Shown here: one piece after another, positions 47,061 to 56,449 of the stretch
Layout: each line of letters starts with the position of its first letter
Numbering within the stretch: position 1 is the stretch's first letter
Program-made: the position numbers and the translations under genes
IMG/VR virus record: IMGVR_UViG_3300042321_002025
Length of the DNA: 64,000 nt
Direction: 5' to 3' (one strand)
Source: an uncultured virus (IMG/VR IMGVR_UViG_3300042321_002025)
Taxonomy: Duplodnaviria > Heunggongvirae > Uroviricota > Caudoviricetes
Notes under the pieces: model-generated
What the model saw: the letters and a program-made list of their open reading frames with translations, nothing else
The model's database searches: none
Told to the model about the DNA's origin: nothing

Positions 47061-48220
47061 CAGAAAAATATGGCTATTGGTATACGAATGGGTTAAAATT
47101 TTACAACAAAATTGAAGCTTTACTTTATGCATCTCGTAATGACACTAAAGTTAAATTTATGTACCATGATGATGTGTGGAAAAAATTTGACCGGTCTGTT
47201 TTAGGTAAAATACCTTTAAATCAATTATATAAAGAACGAGCTCAACAGTTGCGGGACAACTATGAATATTTAATTCTTTATTATTCTGGTGGCGCTGATA
47301 GTCATAATGTATTGATGTCGTTTATCAATAATAATATAAAATTAGATGAAATTATTGTGAATTGGCCAAAACCCTTGGTTGATGGTAAGTTCTATGAGAA
47401 AAACATTGTCGATGGAACAGCCAGAAATTACTGGAGTGAATGGGATTTTGTTGTCAAACCTGAATTGGATAAACTTAAACTTACTAATCCGGAAATTAAA
47501 ATAACAATTAATGATTATACAGATGAACTGACTATAAAAAATTTAGAATCTTCTTTTGAAATTATTGACCACACTCGAGCAGGCATACTGCAATCTTTTA
47601 CCGGTATAGATATATCATTGTCGAAAAAAAGAACCGGACATATTTTTGGTATTGATAAACCATCACTAGCAATACACAACAATGACATTTATATGTTTTT
47701 TAATGATTTGGCGACAACAATGTTATACGCCAATAAAACAAAAGATGATGATCCAGATAATAAAGAGTGTTTTTATTGGTCGCCAGATTTTCCTATTTTA
47801 ACTTTTGAAATGGCATATCAGGCCGCCAATTATTATATCATTAATGAAGATAAAAAAAAGTTTTTGAGAATATATGAGGTAGCAAACAATGCCGTTGCTC
47901 AAAAGGGTTCACAATTTAATTTTCAGTTAAGTGTTATAATTCAAGTTCAAAATAATATTGGTAAGTTAACTTGTTATGACACTTGGGATTATAACAAATT
48001 TCAAGCTGATAAACCAAGAAGTGCAACACGACAAGACAAATGGTTTTGGTTTTTTGAATGTGGTGAATTTGATGAACTAAAAGATGCATTTTTTAGTAAT
48101 GTCAAAACAGTCACTTCTGGTATAGATAAAAGATTCTTAACAAATTTTAATAGTTCAACACCAGGAATAAAAACAATGATTAGTGATATTTTTTTTGTAA
48201 GAAAAGGAAACGATGAATAA
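47057..48220 (+). CDS. PP-loop (adenine nucleotide alpha-hydrolase) protein
   Basis: ERAQQLRD.Y.YLILYYSGGADS, G.DKP and FYWSPD motifs. Confidence 0.7.
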   Translation: MTEKYGYWYTNGLKFYNKIEALLYASRNDTKVKFMYHDDVWKKFDRSVLGKIPLNQLYKERAQQLRDNYEYLILYYSGGADSHNVLMSFINNNIKLDEIIVNWPKPLVDGKFYEKNIVDGTARNYWSEWDFVVKPELDKLKLTNPEIKITINDYTDELTIKNLESSFEIIDHTRAGILQSFTGIDISLSKKRTGHIFGIDKPSLAIHNNDIYMFFNDLATTMLYANKTKDDDPDNKECFYWSPDFPILTFEMAYQAANYYIINEDKKKFLRIYEVANNAVAQKGSQFNFQLSVIIQVQNNIGKLTCYDTWDYNKFQADKPRSATRQDKWFWFFECGEFDELKDAFFSNVKTVTSGIDKRFLTNFNSSTPGIKTMISDIFFVRKGNDE

Positions 48221-49076
48221 AATTATATTGGCATTTTTATGCCTACTTTCTCTCAATGTGTTTGCCGAAACAAAAGTAATTGTACCTTTTGGCCAAGGTG
48301 GTGGTGTTGAACTTTCTTTAAGACATTTTGAAAAATATGTAAATGAAAATAAGAATGTAAAATTTGTCGCAATGATGAAACCTGGAGCTGAAGGTCTTAT
48401 TGGACTACAAGAACTTTCTAAATCACCGAAAGACGGTACTTTCATTGGTTATACAACTATTGGATCGGTAGCATCAGTCGTAAAAAATAACAATTTAGAG
48501 TTTGAATACATTACAGCAACTCGTAAATTTACAGCCGTGTTGGTAACCAATACAAAAACAAATGTTAAATCATATAATGATTTTTCAAAAAGAATGAAGA
48601 TGGGTGTGCCATATGCGTTTGGGTATAATACACCGGCACAGTTGTTGTTTATCAACCAAGTATTGGATAATGTTAAACCAAAGACCGAAGTTGTTAAAGC
48701 TTCATACAAAAGTGTTTCTAATGTTTTGACGGATTTGATAGGTGGTCAAACTGATTTTGCCATTCTTCCTTATGCGGTTGTAAAAGACCATGTACAATCA
48801 GGAAAATTGATTATGTTAGGATCAACGAGTAAATTGAGTGTTGAACCAAATTTAGTTGCTTTTGATAGTTTGTACAAAAATTGGATCGATATTGCGGGCT
48901 ACTGCTTCGTGGCACCTAAAGGCACCCCACAAGAAACAATAACTTATTGGCAAAATCTTATAAATGATTATATGAATAACTCTAAAGTAATTGAAGATTT
49001 TAAACAAGAGGAATCCACAACTTATGCATTGGGTTCTCAAAACCTTAAAAACATTATTCAAAACATTAATAAATAA
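48213..49076 (+). CDS. Bug/TctC substrate-binding protein
   Basis: Signal peptide; VIVPFGQGG, KPGAEGLIG, DLIGGQ.D and APKGTP motifs. Confidence 0.85.
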   Translation: MNKIILAFLCLLSLNVFAETKVIVPFGQGGGVELSLRHFEKYVNENKNVKFVAMMKPGAEGLIGLQELSKSPKDGTFIGYTTIGSVASVVKNNNLEFEYITATRKFTAVLVTNTKTNVKSYNDFSKRMKMGVPYAFGYNTPAQLLFINQVLDNVKPKTEVVKASYKSVSNVLTDLIGGQTDFAILPYAVVKDHVQSGKLIMLGSTSKLSVEPNLVAFDSLYKNWIDIAGYCFVAPKGTPQETITYWQNLINDYMNNSKVIEDFKQEESTTYALGSQNLKNIIQNINK

Positions 49077-49528
49077 TGACACTCGATTTAAAAATTGAAT
49101 CTTTGTTTGACATTCTTCCTGAAATGGAAGAATTGACAAATTTTCATTACCAAGAAATTACTTTGTATAAAGATAAAGTAAAATTGAATCCTGATTGGGA
49201 AGCATATAAAAAATTAGAAGATAACAATCAGTTTTTTTTATTTACAGCTAGAATCAATAAAGAATTGATTGGTTATAGTGCTTTCTTTTTAAAACCACAT
49301 ATACATTATAAAGATATCTTGGTTGCAAGTAACGATGTATTGTTTCTAAAAAAGGAACATAGAGTAGGAAGATTTGGATTAAAATTAATTAAATATTCCG
49401 AACAAAAAATGAAAGAACTTGGTGCCAACAAAATTACCTGGCACATAAAGTCGTCAAATGACTTTAGCCCAATACTTCATCGAATGGGTTACATTGATGA
49501 GGATATCATTGTTGGTAGAATGTTATAG
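49076..49528 (+). CDS. GNAT-family N-acetyltransferase
   Basis: ELIGY, NDVLFLKKEHRVGRFGLKLIK..E, ILHRMGY. Confidence 0.8.
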   Translation: MTLDLKIESLFDILPEMEELTNFHYQEITLYKDKVKLNPDWEAYKKLEDNNQFFLFTARINKELIGYSAFFLKPHIHYKDILVASNDVLFLKKEHRVGRFGLKLIKYSEQKMKELGANKITWHIKSSNDFSPILHRMGYIDEDIIVGRML

Positions 49529-49596
49529 GAAAAATAAAAATTCATAAATATCTACAAATTACCTCGGAAAAACAGCAACAAGAATATTCCAGATGG

Positions 49597-50229
49597 GTGG
49601 AAAAAATGGTTTATACTCCATTGTTTCCGGACTGGTTTTATAGTTATTTTGTTATTCCTAATTTAGAAATTATTAGGGAGGAATTGAAAAAATTAATAAA
49701 TGAACCAAATAAACAAATTTATGCAACAAACGCATCTTATTATAATATCGATGCTGTTCATGTATATAATTATTGTCCAACCTTAAAGAAATATTTAAAT
49801 AGTGTTGGTTTGCAAAATAAATTTCGTAGAATTTTGGTTTCAAAAAAAGTCATATTAAACAATATACATAAGGTTCATGTTGACGCTTACAGCCCATACA
49901 TTTCAACACACTCCATAAACATAGGTATATCAGATTATGAAAATTCTTACACAGCTTGGTTTAAAACTGACAAAATTAAATTAATTGATGCAATGAAAGA
50001 TGGATTGAATCCTAAAATAAATTATGGATGGTTACCTCGGCATGACGCTACAGAAATTAAAAGGGTTCTTTGGGATGAAAGGCCTTTATTGGTCAACACA
50101 ACAATATTACATTCTGGTATTTCTGATAATATCAATAGAACAATTTGTGGTTTAAGATTTCATCCAGAATTAACAAATGAAGATATTATTCGATTGGGAA
50201 TAAAAAATCCACACATACAAGAATATTAA
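49597..50229 (+). CDS. 2OG-Fe(II) oxygenase-like protein
   Basis: VHVD...PLLVNTTILHS...RTICGLRF; CATAAATA at 49543. Confidence 0.6.
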   Translation: MEKMVYTPLFPDWFYSYFVIPNLEIIREELKKLINEPNKQIYATNASYYNIDAVHVYNYCPTLKKYLNSVGLQNKFRRILVSKKVILNNIHKVHVDAYSPYISTHSINIGISDYENSYTAWFKTDKIKLIDAMKDGLNPKINYGWLPRHDATEIKRVLWDERPLLVNTTILHSGISDNINRTICGLRFHPELTNEDIIRLGIKNPHIQEY

Positions 50230-50230
50230 A

Positions 50231-50857
50231 ATGAATGCTAACAATTTGTATTCTAAATGTGAGTTTAGTGAATTTCAATTGAATGCAATGAGGCAAATTT
50301 ATTACAAATATTTTGCTAAAAATATGACCAGTGATTATGAAGGTAGAGCTATTGTTGCCATATGGGAAAAAGATGGTATATGGGAACCATCTAAAGGTAA
50401 AGACATAAATCATTTTAATAAAGGATTTGTTTCTGAAGAATGTAGATTGGATCCTCTCTGGAAACAGTTTTCAGACTTGTTGCCATACATGAGTAAATCG
50501 GCTTCAATAACAAAAATAAACCCAGGACAAATAATGAGTCCACATGTTGATAGGAAATGGCGACCTGAAGCAATTTATTTTCCAATAGATGGATGTTCTG
50601 AATTGTGTGTTTCTGAGTATTATGATTTACCAAAAAAACAAACTAATAATAATCAAGTTATTTCTAATTTTCCATTGCCAATATGTACATATTCAGTTTA
50701 TGGAAATGCTTATCTGACTAATGTACATGAATGGCATGGAGTTAAAAATTTAAGTGGCCAGGAAAGAATTGCTGTGGGTTGGAATTTTAAAAATTGGAAA
50801 TGGGATTATAAACATTGTAAACAAATACTAAAACGTTTGGGTTACATTGATGAATAA
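50231..50857 (+). CDS. 2OG-Fe(II) oxygenase (Asp/Asn beta-hydroxylase-like)
   Basis: PGQIMSPHVD...NVHEWHGV.N....RIAVG. Confidence 0.7.
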   Translation: MNANNLYSKCEFSEFQLNAMRQIYYKYFAKNMTSDYEGRAIVAIWEKDGIWEPSKGKDINHFNKGFVSEECRLDPLWKQFSDLLPYMSKSASITKINPGQIMSPHVDRKWRPEAIYFPIDGCSELCVSEYYDLPKKQTNNNQVISNFPLPICTYSVYGNAYLTNVHEWHGVKNLSGQERIAVGWNFKNWKWDYKHCKQILKRLGYIDE

Positions 50858-51422
50858 TTGTTGGTACAAATTAAAAGTTGATTGTCCGGTTATTAATCCG
50901 CAATGGAATTTTCCAGCGCCAAATAATTCTTCAGGCAACGGAGTTTGGAGACTAAACATAAAAGATATTGTCGATGCGGAATGGTTAAAATACATTGAAA
51001 AATTAAATATTCCTATTGTAAATCATGCAATGTTATTTTATAGACCTTCAAATTTTAATACAAATTTTGCACACATAGATATAAAAGTTGGAAGTGTTGA
51101 TTGTGATATATCTGGATTAAATTTTGTGGTGGGAGGGGAAGATTCCGATATGATTTGGTATGAATTACCAAAAAAAGAAAAAAAAATATTATATACTGTA
51201 GCGGGAACTCCATATATTAATTGGCCAATTGATGAATTAAAAGAAATTGATAAAACACGAATACAATCTAATTTAACACTAGTGAGAGTGGATATTCCTC
51301 ATGCAATAATGATGGGGGAAAAACCAAGATGGGCTATTAGTATTCGTCTAAAAGGAAATATTAAAACTTGGGACAAAATGGTTGAAGTGTTTCAAGAATT
51401 AAATTTATTGGATAAAAGATGA
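50847..51422 (+). CDS. 2OG-Fe(II) oxygenase-like protein
   Basis: AHID...LVRVDIPHAI....RWAISIR. Confidence 0.65.
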   Translation: MMNNCWYKLKVDCPVINPQWNFPAPNNSSGNGVWRLNIKDIVDAEWLKYIEKLNIPIVNHAMLFYRPSNFNTNFAHIDIKVGSVDCDISGLNFVVGGEDSDMIWYELPKKEKKILYTVAGTPYINWPIDELKEIDKTRIQSNLTLVRVDIPHAIMMGEKPRWAISIRLKGNIKTWDKMVEVFQELNLLDKR

Positions 51423-51586
51423 TGTTAACTTTACCACAATTTAAAATGCAAAAAGAAAGAATGGAAATTTGTTCTAAATGTGAGTTTATGGTTAATAAAA
51501 TGGTAGCAATGTGTTCCGTTTGTAATTGTGTTTTAAAAACAAAAACACTTTTAATTGACACAAAATGCCCCAAAAATAAATGGTAA
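51419..51586 (+). CDS. small Cys-rich protein (55 aa)
   Basis: RMEICSKC...CSVCNC..KTK.....CPKNKW. Confidence 0.7.
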   Translation: MMLTLPQFKMQKERMEICSKCEFMVNKMVAMCSVCNCVLKTKTLLIDTKCPKNKW

Positions 51587-51588
51587 CT

Positions 51589-51948
51589 ATGAATAATTTT
51601 TTTATACCGTTAAAAAACTTTTTTGTTGATATAGAAAGGCTGACAACCGAAATAGATAAATTTGTTAAACCAAATACTTGGAATGAAATAAGTTATCATT
51701 ATGATGAACACACACCTTATAGAATACACATAGCATTAAAAACTAGTCCTGATACAATATGGAGATTCAAAGAAAATGGAAAAATTACCGAAATACATCA
51801 GCCCGCCGATGGCATACCGGTATTAATTAAGACGAATAGTCTGGAACATTCAGTTTTTATTCCTATTGAAACAGAAAGAGTGCATTTGTGGTATCAGTAT
51901 CATCATGAAATATCAAATGAAGTATTGGAAAAAATAAAAAATGTTTAA
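51589..51948 (+). CDS. short AspH-like 2OG-Fe(II) oxygenase, possibly internally deleted
   Basis: HYD..RIHIAL.T...H.PADG...T..LEHSV...RVHL in only ~120 aa. Confidence 0.55.
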   Translation: MNNFFIPLKNFFVDIERLTTEIDKFVKPNTWNEISYHYDEHTPYRIHIALKTSPDTIWRFKENGKITEIHQPADGIPVLIKTNSLEHSVFIPIETERVHLWYQYHHEISNEVLEKIKNV

Positions 51949-52597
51949 ATTTTGCCCCCCTAAAGTCCTTGCTGACTTAAAATCCGAAACCTTTCCTGAT
52001 GGTAAACGTTACTACACACTAGAAGATGGTACGAAGTTACCATCGGTCACCACAGTTCTTGGTGCTCAGAAGAAAGAAGCTATTATGAAATGGCGTAAGA
52101 GAGTTGGTGAAGAAGAAGCCAATCGTGTATCAAAGAAGGCAACTAGTCGTGGCACCAATGTACATACACTATGTGAACGATATTTAAATAATGAACCGTT
52201 AGGTGATATTATGCCTGATGCTGTTGAAATGTTTAGAACACTTAAACCATTACTCAATCGCATTAACAATATTCATTATCAAGAGTGTGCCTTATGGTCT
52301 AAACAATTAGAAATGGCAGGTAGGGTCGATTGTATTGCTGAGTTCGATGGTGAGTTATCCGTAATTGATTTTAAAACATCCAAGAAGATTAAATCAAGTG
52401 CAGACATTGAAGATTATTATTGGCAAACGGCAGCATACGCTTTGATGTATGAAGAAATGATTGGCATACCTATAAATAACTTAGTTATTATTATGGCGGT
52501 TGAAGATGAACAGCCATTGATATTTAAACAACAGACACAAGACCACATTCTTGGTTTGGTAAAAGCTATACAATTTTATAAGGACCAATACAAATGA
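51941..52597 (+). CDS. PD-(D/E)xK exonuclease (Cas4-like, T4-like phage type)
   Basis: PSVTTVL, RGTNVH, AGRVDC, IDFKTS and Q..AY motifs. Confidence 0.88.
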   Translation: MFKFCPPKVLADLKSETFPDGKRYYTLEDGTKLPSVTTVLGAQKKEAIMKWRKRVGEEEANRVSKKATSRGTNVHTLCERYLNNEPLGDIMPDAVEMFRTLKPLLNRINNIHYQECALWSKQLEMAGRVDCIAEFDGELSVIDFKTSKKIKSSADIEDYYWQTAAYALMYEEMIGIPINNLVIIMAVEDEQPLIFKQQTQDHILGLVKAIQFYKDQYK

Positions 52598-52878
52598 CAA
52601 CCGTGATGACATTTAAATTCCCAACTTGGCCACCTGTTTTTTGGGATGTGCCTGAAAATTTTATTCAAACCAGAGATGAATATCTAACCACAAATAAAAT
52701 AATTGATAATTATAAAGTTGAAAATGAAAACCAAAAAACGGTAGTTTTTACTACAATTTTTAAAGATGCCGAAACTTTTGAAAAATGGAAATTAGAACCA
52801 GCTGTTGAATCGTTTTTTAATTACAGAAACGACTATTGTAAAAATAATGGTATAGAAAAAACGGCAGAATTTTTTTAA
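52594..52878 (+). CDS. hypothetical protein
   Basis: 94-aa ORF, ATGA coupling. Confidence 0.55.
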   Translation: MTTVMTFKFPTWPPVFWDVPENFIQTRDEYLTTNKIIDNYKVENENQKTVVFTTIFKDAETFEKWKLEPAVESFFNYRNDYCKNNGIEKTAEFF

Positions 52879-53126
52879 AACTAATTACACACATAATTAT
52901 AATGACCAAAAATGGTAATTCTCTAAGTATAAATACTAATAGTACAAACACTAATACGAAAGAAAAAAATGAGTAAAGATAACTTCGAAAACTATTCGGA
53001 AGAAAAAATTGAACAGAGATTAGGTACATTGATAGTACTTGCAGCCGGTTTGACCGTTTTGTTTACGGTATTTTACCTGTTCGGTTAATTACCAGTTTCA
53101 CATTGTAAGATAATTGCAGCAACCGC

Positions 53127-53155
53127 TTGACATTTATGTTGGATTAGTATACACT
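53127..53155 (+). promoter_or_regulatory. sigma70-type promoter
   Basis: TTGACA-N17-TACACT; late-type CATAAATA follows at 53178. Confidence 0.6.
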
Positions 53156-53244
53156 CCAAGAATGTAGATTAACTCTGCATAAATAAAGTACCAGCAACAC
53201 ACAAACCGCTGGTAATACACATAAACACACACAAGGAGAAGTAA

Positions 53245-53523
53245 ATGAGTATGACACCTTATGAGATTCGGCTAGAACTCTTAAAAATGGCCAAAGAAAT
53301 GCTCACCGATGACTATTATGGCAAGCGTGAAGTTATTTCAAACGAGTGGACAACCAAGGTAGAAGAATCCAAGATTAACGGAACTCCTTCACCACAACAT
53401 CCAGGTTTTCCACCATTTCCCTCCGAAGAAGAAATCATTAAAAAAGCAGAGATGCTCAATGGTTTCGTTTCTCAAACCACTCCACAACCTGAAGTAAAAA
53501 TTACAAAGAAAACGAATTCGTAA
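53245..53523 (+). CDS. conserved T4-like phage protein
   Basis: PYEIRLELLKMAK...EEIIKKA..L..FVS motif. Confidence 0.75.
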   Translation: MSMTPYEIRLELLKMAKEMLTDDYYGKREVISNEWTTKVEESKINGTPSPQHPGFPPFPSEEEIIKKAEMLNGFVSQTTPQPEVKITKKTNS

Positions 53524-53579
53524 TTGGAGAAATCTGGCCGCCTGATGTTTGGTGGCCAGAACATCAAAAAGGAAGAAAG

Positions 53580-54122
53580 ATGTATTTCAACAAAAAAGTA
53601 ACTAATAAATTTTTAATTGCAACCTCAGTAATATTAATTGCGGTTAATCTATTCGTGCCTGTAGCAAAAGCTCAGGTAGAAAAACAAACAATGAAAGTTG
53701 CCAGTCAACATTTCAATAATGAAATTCAATGTTTAGCTGAAAACATTTATTATGAATCTGCTGGTGAATCATTTGAAGGTAAATTGGCAGTTGCACAAGT
53801 AACACTCAATCGTGTAAACTCTGGCAAATTTCCAAACACCGTTTGTGGTGTAGTAAAACAGAAAGATGTAATCAATGGTAAAATGATTTGCCAATTCTCT
53901 TGGTTCTGTGGCCATGTATACTCGATGGTTCGTAACCCATATCAATGGGAAGAATCGGTACTTGTTGCAAAGAAAGCCTTGACAAGTGAAGTTGCTCATG
54001 TTACACTCCATAAAGAGAAAGCAATGTTTTATCATGCCAATTATGTAAAGCCTAATTGGAATTTACCAAGAATCACACAGATTGGTAATCACATTTTTTA
54101 TAAAGAGAGAAGTAAAATATAA
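53580..54122 (+). CDS. cell wall hydrolase (SleB/Hydrolase_2)
   Basis: CLAENIYYE..GE...G.LAVAQVTLNRV, FPNTVC.VV.Q, QFSW and IGNHIFY motifs. Confidence 0.9.
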   Translation: MYFNKKVTNKFLIATSVILIAVNLFVPVAKAQVEKQTMKVASQHFNNEIQCLAENIYYESAGESFEGKLAVAQVTLNRVNSGKFPNTVCGVVKQKDVINGKMICQFSWFCGHVYSMVRNPYQWEESVLVAKKALTSEVAHVTLHKEKAMFYHANYVKPNWNLPRITQIGNHIFYKERSKI

Positions 54123-54123
54123 T

Positions 54124-54345
54124 ATGCCAACAAAAAGTGAGATTAAAGATTTTAGTATGATGATTGAAGAATTGGCATCCAAATTGAGATGTAATCACAT
54201 GGATGCCATTCTACAACATTGCAAAGAAAAAGGATTAGAAGTTGAAGTGGCATCTACATTAATTTCTTCCGCACTCAAAGCAAAAATTCGTGAAGAAGCA
54301 CAAGAATTAAATTTGATTAAAAAGAGTTCAAAACTCCCTCTATAA
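54124..54345 (+). CDS. gp33: late transcription coactivator (gp33-like)
   Basis: DAILQHC...EVE...LI...LK.KI..EA.ELNL; synteny with gp59 and gp32. Confidence 0.85.
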   Translation: MPTKSEIKDFSMMIEELASKLRCNHMDAILQHCKEKGLEVEVASTLISSALKAKIREEAQELNLIKKSSKLPL

Positions 54346-54351
54346 TTTGTT

Positions 54352-54972
54352 ATGACAGAAAATTCAGGTTTTGCCGCATATGCATTATGGAATGCCTTGA
54401 AGTTGCATTTTACTTCCGAATCTTACGATTACTTTAAGTATAACGGAAAAACAAATGTATCTAAACAGACATTCACCATCAACAAATCAAAATACCAATT
54501 CTATAAATTATCCCGTAAATACGATATAGAAGAATTAAAAAACTTCTATATTGCCAACTTTATCCAAGGTAAAGGTGATTGGGTGGGCGACTTACTTCAG
54601 GATGGTGATGAGAACTATACCAAGTGGCAAAAAACCCAACAGAGCTTGACATATACCTTTGAGAATGATATAATGTATATGTTTGATAGTGTTGATGGTG
54701 CTGAGTTCTGGCATATTGATGATTACTTTAAACCAATCGATGGTGGTTGGCCAATGTTAATTACCAAAATGATGCACGATAAGATTTCATTGGAAACAGT
54801 TTGTATCCTAGTTGATATACTTGGTTGTATGCCAAAATGGGAAAAACAAATCACCGAAGATATTATTTGGCCAACACACCGAAGAATTATAAAGAAATAT
54901 ACACCGTTTATACAATACGATAAAGAAAAGTTTACGAAGTTTTTAAAAGAAAAGATTAAAGAATATGCATAA
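54352..54972 (+). CDS. gp59: helicase loader (gp59-like)
   Basis: ALKLHF...YDYFKYNGK, ISLET and KKYTPF motifs. Confidence 0.85.
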   Translation: MTENSGFAAYALWNALKLHFTSESYDYFKYNGKTNVSKQTFTINKSKYQFYKLSRKYDIEELKNFYIANFIQGKGDWVGDLLQDGDENYTKWQKTQQSLTYTFENDIMYMFDSVDGAEFWHIDDYFKPIDGGWPMLITKMMHDKISLETVCILVDILGCMPKWEKQITEDIIWPTHRRIIKKYTPFIQYDKEKFTKFLKEKIKEYA

Positions 54973-55450
54973 GATTACCAAGATTTACTTGGACATGGAT
55001 GGTGTGATTGCTGATTTCAATAAGCGATACAAAGAATTGTATAAGATTGAACCAAAAGATGCAGACACATACAAAACATTTGATAAGTTTTTTACCATGT
55101 TCATTGCTGAAAGACAGTTTGCCAAATTAGATTTAATGCCTGATGCTCTGATGCTAATTAACTACCTCAGGTCATTATCAATACCAACAGAGATTCTATC
55201 TTCAACATCATCCGAAAAGCGTGATGCAGAAATTAGAGAACAAAAAATTGATTGGTTGAATAAACACAACATTGAGTTTCCTGTTAATTTAGTACCAGGT
55301 AAAAGATTTAAGAGAGATTTCTCTAATGAAAATTCACTATTGATTGATGATACTTCACAGAACATCGACCAATGGAGAGTAGAGGGTGGTATTGGTATAC
55401 TTCATACTGATGCTATGACCACCATCGGTATTTTGAAAATGTATACTTGA
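54965..55450 (+). CDS. HAD-family 5'(3')-deoxyribonucleotidase
   Basis: YLDMDGVIADF, ILSS, LIDD and W..EGGIGILH motifs. Confidence 0.85.
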   Translation: MHKITKIYLDMDGVIADFNKRYKELYKIEPKDADTYKTFDKFFTMFIAERQFAKLDLMPDALMLINYLRSLSIPTEILSSTSSEKRDAEIREQKIDWLNKHNIEFPVNLVPGKRFKRDFSNENSLLIDDTSQNIDQWRVEGGIGILHTDAMTTIGILKMYT

Positions 55451-55475
55451 CATTGGATAAATATTCTTATATAAT
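55447..55475 (+). promoter_or_regulatory. consensus promoter for gene 32
   Basis: TTGACA-N17-TATAAT; late-like GATAAATA in the spacer. Confidence 0.7.
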
Positions 55476-55539
55476 GAATAATGTGGACAAGCCGTTTTAT
55501 ACACCGTTAATAATCCGTTTATACGAAAGGAAGTAAATT

Positions 55540-56427
55540 ATGAGTTCATTTGCGAACCTCAAACGCCAATCTGGCAACCTCGATAAGTTATCTAAAGCAA
55601 TCGAGGCACTCAATACCTCATCCGAGGGTAACGAAAAATCCGATAATTTCTGGCGACCAGAAGTAGACAAAGCTGGCAACGGCATGGCTACGATTCGTTT
55701 TCTACCAGCACCTGCTGTAGATGGCGATGATGCATTACCATGGGTCAAAGTATTCTCACATGGATTTCAAGGTCCTGGTGGTTGGTTAATTGATAACTGT
55801 TTAACCACCAAAAATCAACAATGTCCTGTGTGTGAACACAATTCTGCATTGTGGAATTCTGGTATCGAAGCGAATAAAGATATTGTTCGTAAACAAAAAC
55901 GTAAACTAAATTACATTGCCAACGTTTATATTGTGTCCGACCCAAAACATCCTGAGAATGAAGGTCAGGTTAAATTGTTTAAGTTTGGTAAGAAAATCTT
56001 TGATAAGATTACTGAAGCGATGAATCCTCAGTTTGAAGATGAAACAGCAGTCAATCCATTTGATTTATGGAAAGGTGCCAACTTCAAATTAAAGATTCGT
56101 AAGGTTGAAGGTTATCAGAACTATGACAAGTCTGAATTTGAATCATCATCTCCATTGTTGAGTGATGATGATGAATTGGAAAAGATTTGGAAGTCAGAGT
56201 TCTCTTTGTCTGAGATGACTTCTGATAAAGAATTCAAGTCATATGATGTTCTGAAACAACGCCTTGATAAAGTTCTAGGTCTCAATGGTGAAGCACCAAA
56301 GACAACCGTAGAACAAACCAAAGCGAAGAACTTTGACGCCAAAACTAAATCTAATGATTCTCCTTTTAAAGATGAATCGGAAGATGATGATATGGCATAT
56401 TTCAGCAAGTTAGCTGAAGAAGATTAA
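55540..56427 (+). CDS. gp32: single-stranded DNA-binding protein (gp32)
   Basis: DKAGNG.A.IRFLP, HGFQGPGGW..NC..T....CPVC, FGKKIFDKI, NYDKS; acidic tail. Confidence 0.96.
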   Translation: MSSFANLKRQSGNLDKLSKAIEALNTSSEGNEKSDNFWRPEVDKAGNGMATIRFLPAPAVDGDDALPWVKVFSHGFQGPGGWLIDNCLTTKNQQCPVCEHNSALWNSGIEANKDIVRKQKRKLNYIANVYIVSDPKHPENEGQVKLFKFGKKIFDKITEAMNPQFEDETAVNPFDLWKGANFKLKIRKVEGYQNYDKSEFESSSPLLSDDDELEKIWKSEFSLSEMTSDKEFKSYDVLKQRLDKVLGLNGEAPKTTVEQTKAKNFDAKTKSNDSPFKDESEDDDMAYFSKLAEED

Positions 56428-56449
56428 TTCTTCTATATAAGAGTAACAC

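Noticed and set aside
51941..52597. Cas4-like nuclease as part of a CRISPR-Cas system
   Set aside because: It is the usual stand-alone exonuclease near gp33/gp59 in T4-like phages; no array or other cas genes
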